Shown here: piece after piece, positions 63,279 through 64,000 of the stretch
How positions within the stretch are numbered: the stretch's first letter is position 1
How the letters are laid out: every line of letters starts with the position of its first letter
From: Calditrichia bacterium
Lineage (GTDB): Bacteria > Calditrichota > Calditrichia > JAJRVZ01
Assembly: GCA_963765585.1 (NCBI GenBank)
Contig: CAVXXB010000005.1
Location: 182,402 to 246,401, forward strand
Length of the DNA: 64,000 bases
Direction: 5' to 3'
The notes under the pieces: generated by a model
Databases searched by the model: none
The model's input: only the letters and a program-made list of their open reading frames with translations
Told to the model about the DNA's origin: nothing
Translations under genes and position numbers: made by a program

Positions 63279-63600
63279 TTTAAAGATTAACCACAGAGAG
63301 CACTGAGAAGACACAGAGTTCGCTAAGAAAGAATAAAATAATATAAAATCCGCGTAAATCCGTGTTATCCGTGTAATCCGCGTTCTATTGACAAACTAGC
63401 ATAACCCAGTTGAATTTTTAAAGATTAATCACAGAGAGCACTGAGAAGGCACAGAGTCCGCAGAGAATACATATTTAATTCTTTATAAAACTGCAATGCG
63501 CGGAATGGTCTCAGACCGTTCCCTGCATTAGGTGATTATAAAAATTACTTAAATTATACCGCGAGAATCCGTGTAATCCGTGTAATCCGCGTTCTATTGG
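63279..63600. repeat. Tandemly duplicated composite repeat: CACAGAGAGCACTGAGAAG module plus 9-mer (AATCCGCGT) array ending TTCTATTGG
   Basis: Unit 1 spans 63279-63390 and unit 2 spans 63413-63600, with a ~100-nt insertion. The CACAGAGARCACTGAGA module also occurs at 36252-36274. Confidence 0.7.
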
Positions 63601-63604
63601 AAAG

Positions 63605-64000
63605 TTAAATAAACCGCTTTTTCAGATCACCGGTAGGAATGAGACAACTATCTTTTTTCCCAAACCAGTTATATCTGTTCCTGGCTACAAAATCATAGAT
63701 CGAATCTCTGACAAATCGGGGAAGAATTACTCCTGTCTTTAATAAACACCACGGAAATTTGAGATATTTCGAGATTTTTATAACAGCTTCTGACTTTATA
63801 TAACTTTGGTCATCCTCAATAAATATGATTGTATCCATCTTATCTACCGGCAAATTATGTAATTTAAGTAAATCCTTTGCTTCTTCAGATTGAATCCAGC
63901 CAAAACGCAACACCGGATTTTTTTCGTATAAGTACACAAAACTAAAAAAAGCGGAACACAGATTACACACTCCGTCAAACAAGATTATCTTTTGATCGTT
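63605..64000 (-). CDS. Thiol-disulfide oxidoreductase DCC family (DUF393), partial; N-terminus beyond window end
   Basis: The active-site motif reads ...IILFDGVCNLCSAFFSF. The ORF stays open to the window edge. Confidence 0.7.
   Translation of the reverse strand, partial: NDQKIILFDGVCNLCSAFFSFVYLYEKNPVLRFGWIQSEEAKDLLKLHNLPVDKMDTIIFIEDDQSYIKSEAVIKISKYLKFPWCLLKTGVILPRFVRDSIYDFVARNRYNWFGKKDSCLIPTGDLKKRFI

Noticed and set aside
2391-63600. Short-period tandem arrays considered as possible CRISPR arrays
   Set aside because: The units are 7 to 9 nt with no unique spacers, and there are no cas genes. These are not CRISPR.
1-64000. tRNA and rRNA genes, and mobile elements (transposase, integrase)
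   Set aside because: No T-loop or anticodon-arm-like sequences were found in the intergenic regions. No transposase, integrase or recombinase-like ORF was recognised.

Overview
This is a moderately AT-rich bacterial chromosomal window. It looks like an FCB-group organism other than classical Bacteroidetes: many proteins carry TIGR04183-type T9SS C-terminal sorting domains (NYPNPFNP...), the TonB-dependent receptors start with a CarboxypepD_reg-like domain, and Shine-Dalgarno motifs are present. Some ORF-track starts are TTG/GTG shown as M, so several starts were moved to an ATG with an RBS.

Gene content from start to end:
- A cobalamin riboswitch on the minus strand controls a BtuB-like TonB-dependent receptor that runs off the 5' edge of the window.
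- A frameshifted T9SS-secreted C39-like peptidase is followed by an OmpR-type response regulator and sensor kinase pair. That pair is divergent from a B12-binding radical SAM (DUF4070-type) plus DesA-like fatty-acid desaturase operon, with a CspA-family cold-shock gene next to it.
- Next come an NMO/FabK-like oxidoreductase, an SDR, a class-C-type beta-lactamase-family hydrolase with a TPR tail, an S41 peptidase, and a Dps gene remnant.
- A large amino-sugar/glycan-processing region follows. It holds three GHL10 (PF02638) paralogs, two with T9SS CTDs, an HGSNAT-like membrane acetyltransferase, and a NAGPA-like phosphodiester glycosidase with a T9SS CTD. It also holds an N-acylglucosamine 2-epimerase family protein, a DUF4434-like protein, an FAD-dependent oxidoreductase, a hydantoinase-family protein, an IT-superfamily permease, and a ROK regulator.
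- An 18-kb co-directional block carries a TonB-dependent receptor, a PorV-like and two small outer-membrane beta-barrels, and several unknown T9SS cargo proteins.
- A cation-chloride cotransporter homolog is preceded by twin perfect palindromes.
- A 1091-aa DUF4397 tandem-repeat T9SS cargo protein is built from near-identical 696-bp DNA repeats.
- The window ends with a DoxX protein plus a tiny diheme cytochrome c, a second TonB-dependent receptor with a lipoprotein, a TolC/MFP/RND efflux operon, an ABC-ATPase (PF09818-like) protein, a VOC-family protein, and a partial DCC-type thiol-disulfide oxidoreductase.

Two features affect the whole window:
- At least 12 reading-frame breaks hit 10 otherwise well-conserved genes. 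Three sit in homopolymer runs, so most are probably sequencing indels rather than pseudogenes.
- The intergenic space is filled with unusual degenerate tandem arrays of period 7 to 9 nt. A dispersed repeat family has a conserved ~60-nt core that encodes an 18-codon mini-ORF, and in one copy supplies the start codon of a downstream gene.

No tRNA or rRNA genes, CRISPR arrays, transposases or integrases were recognised.
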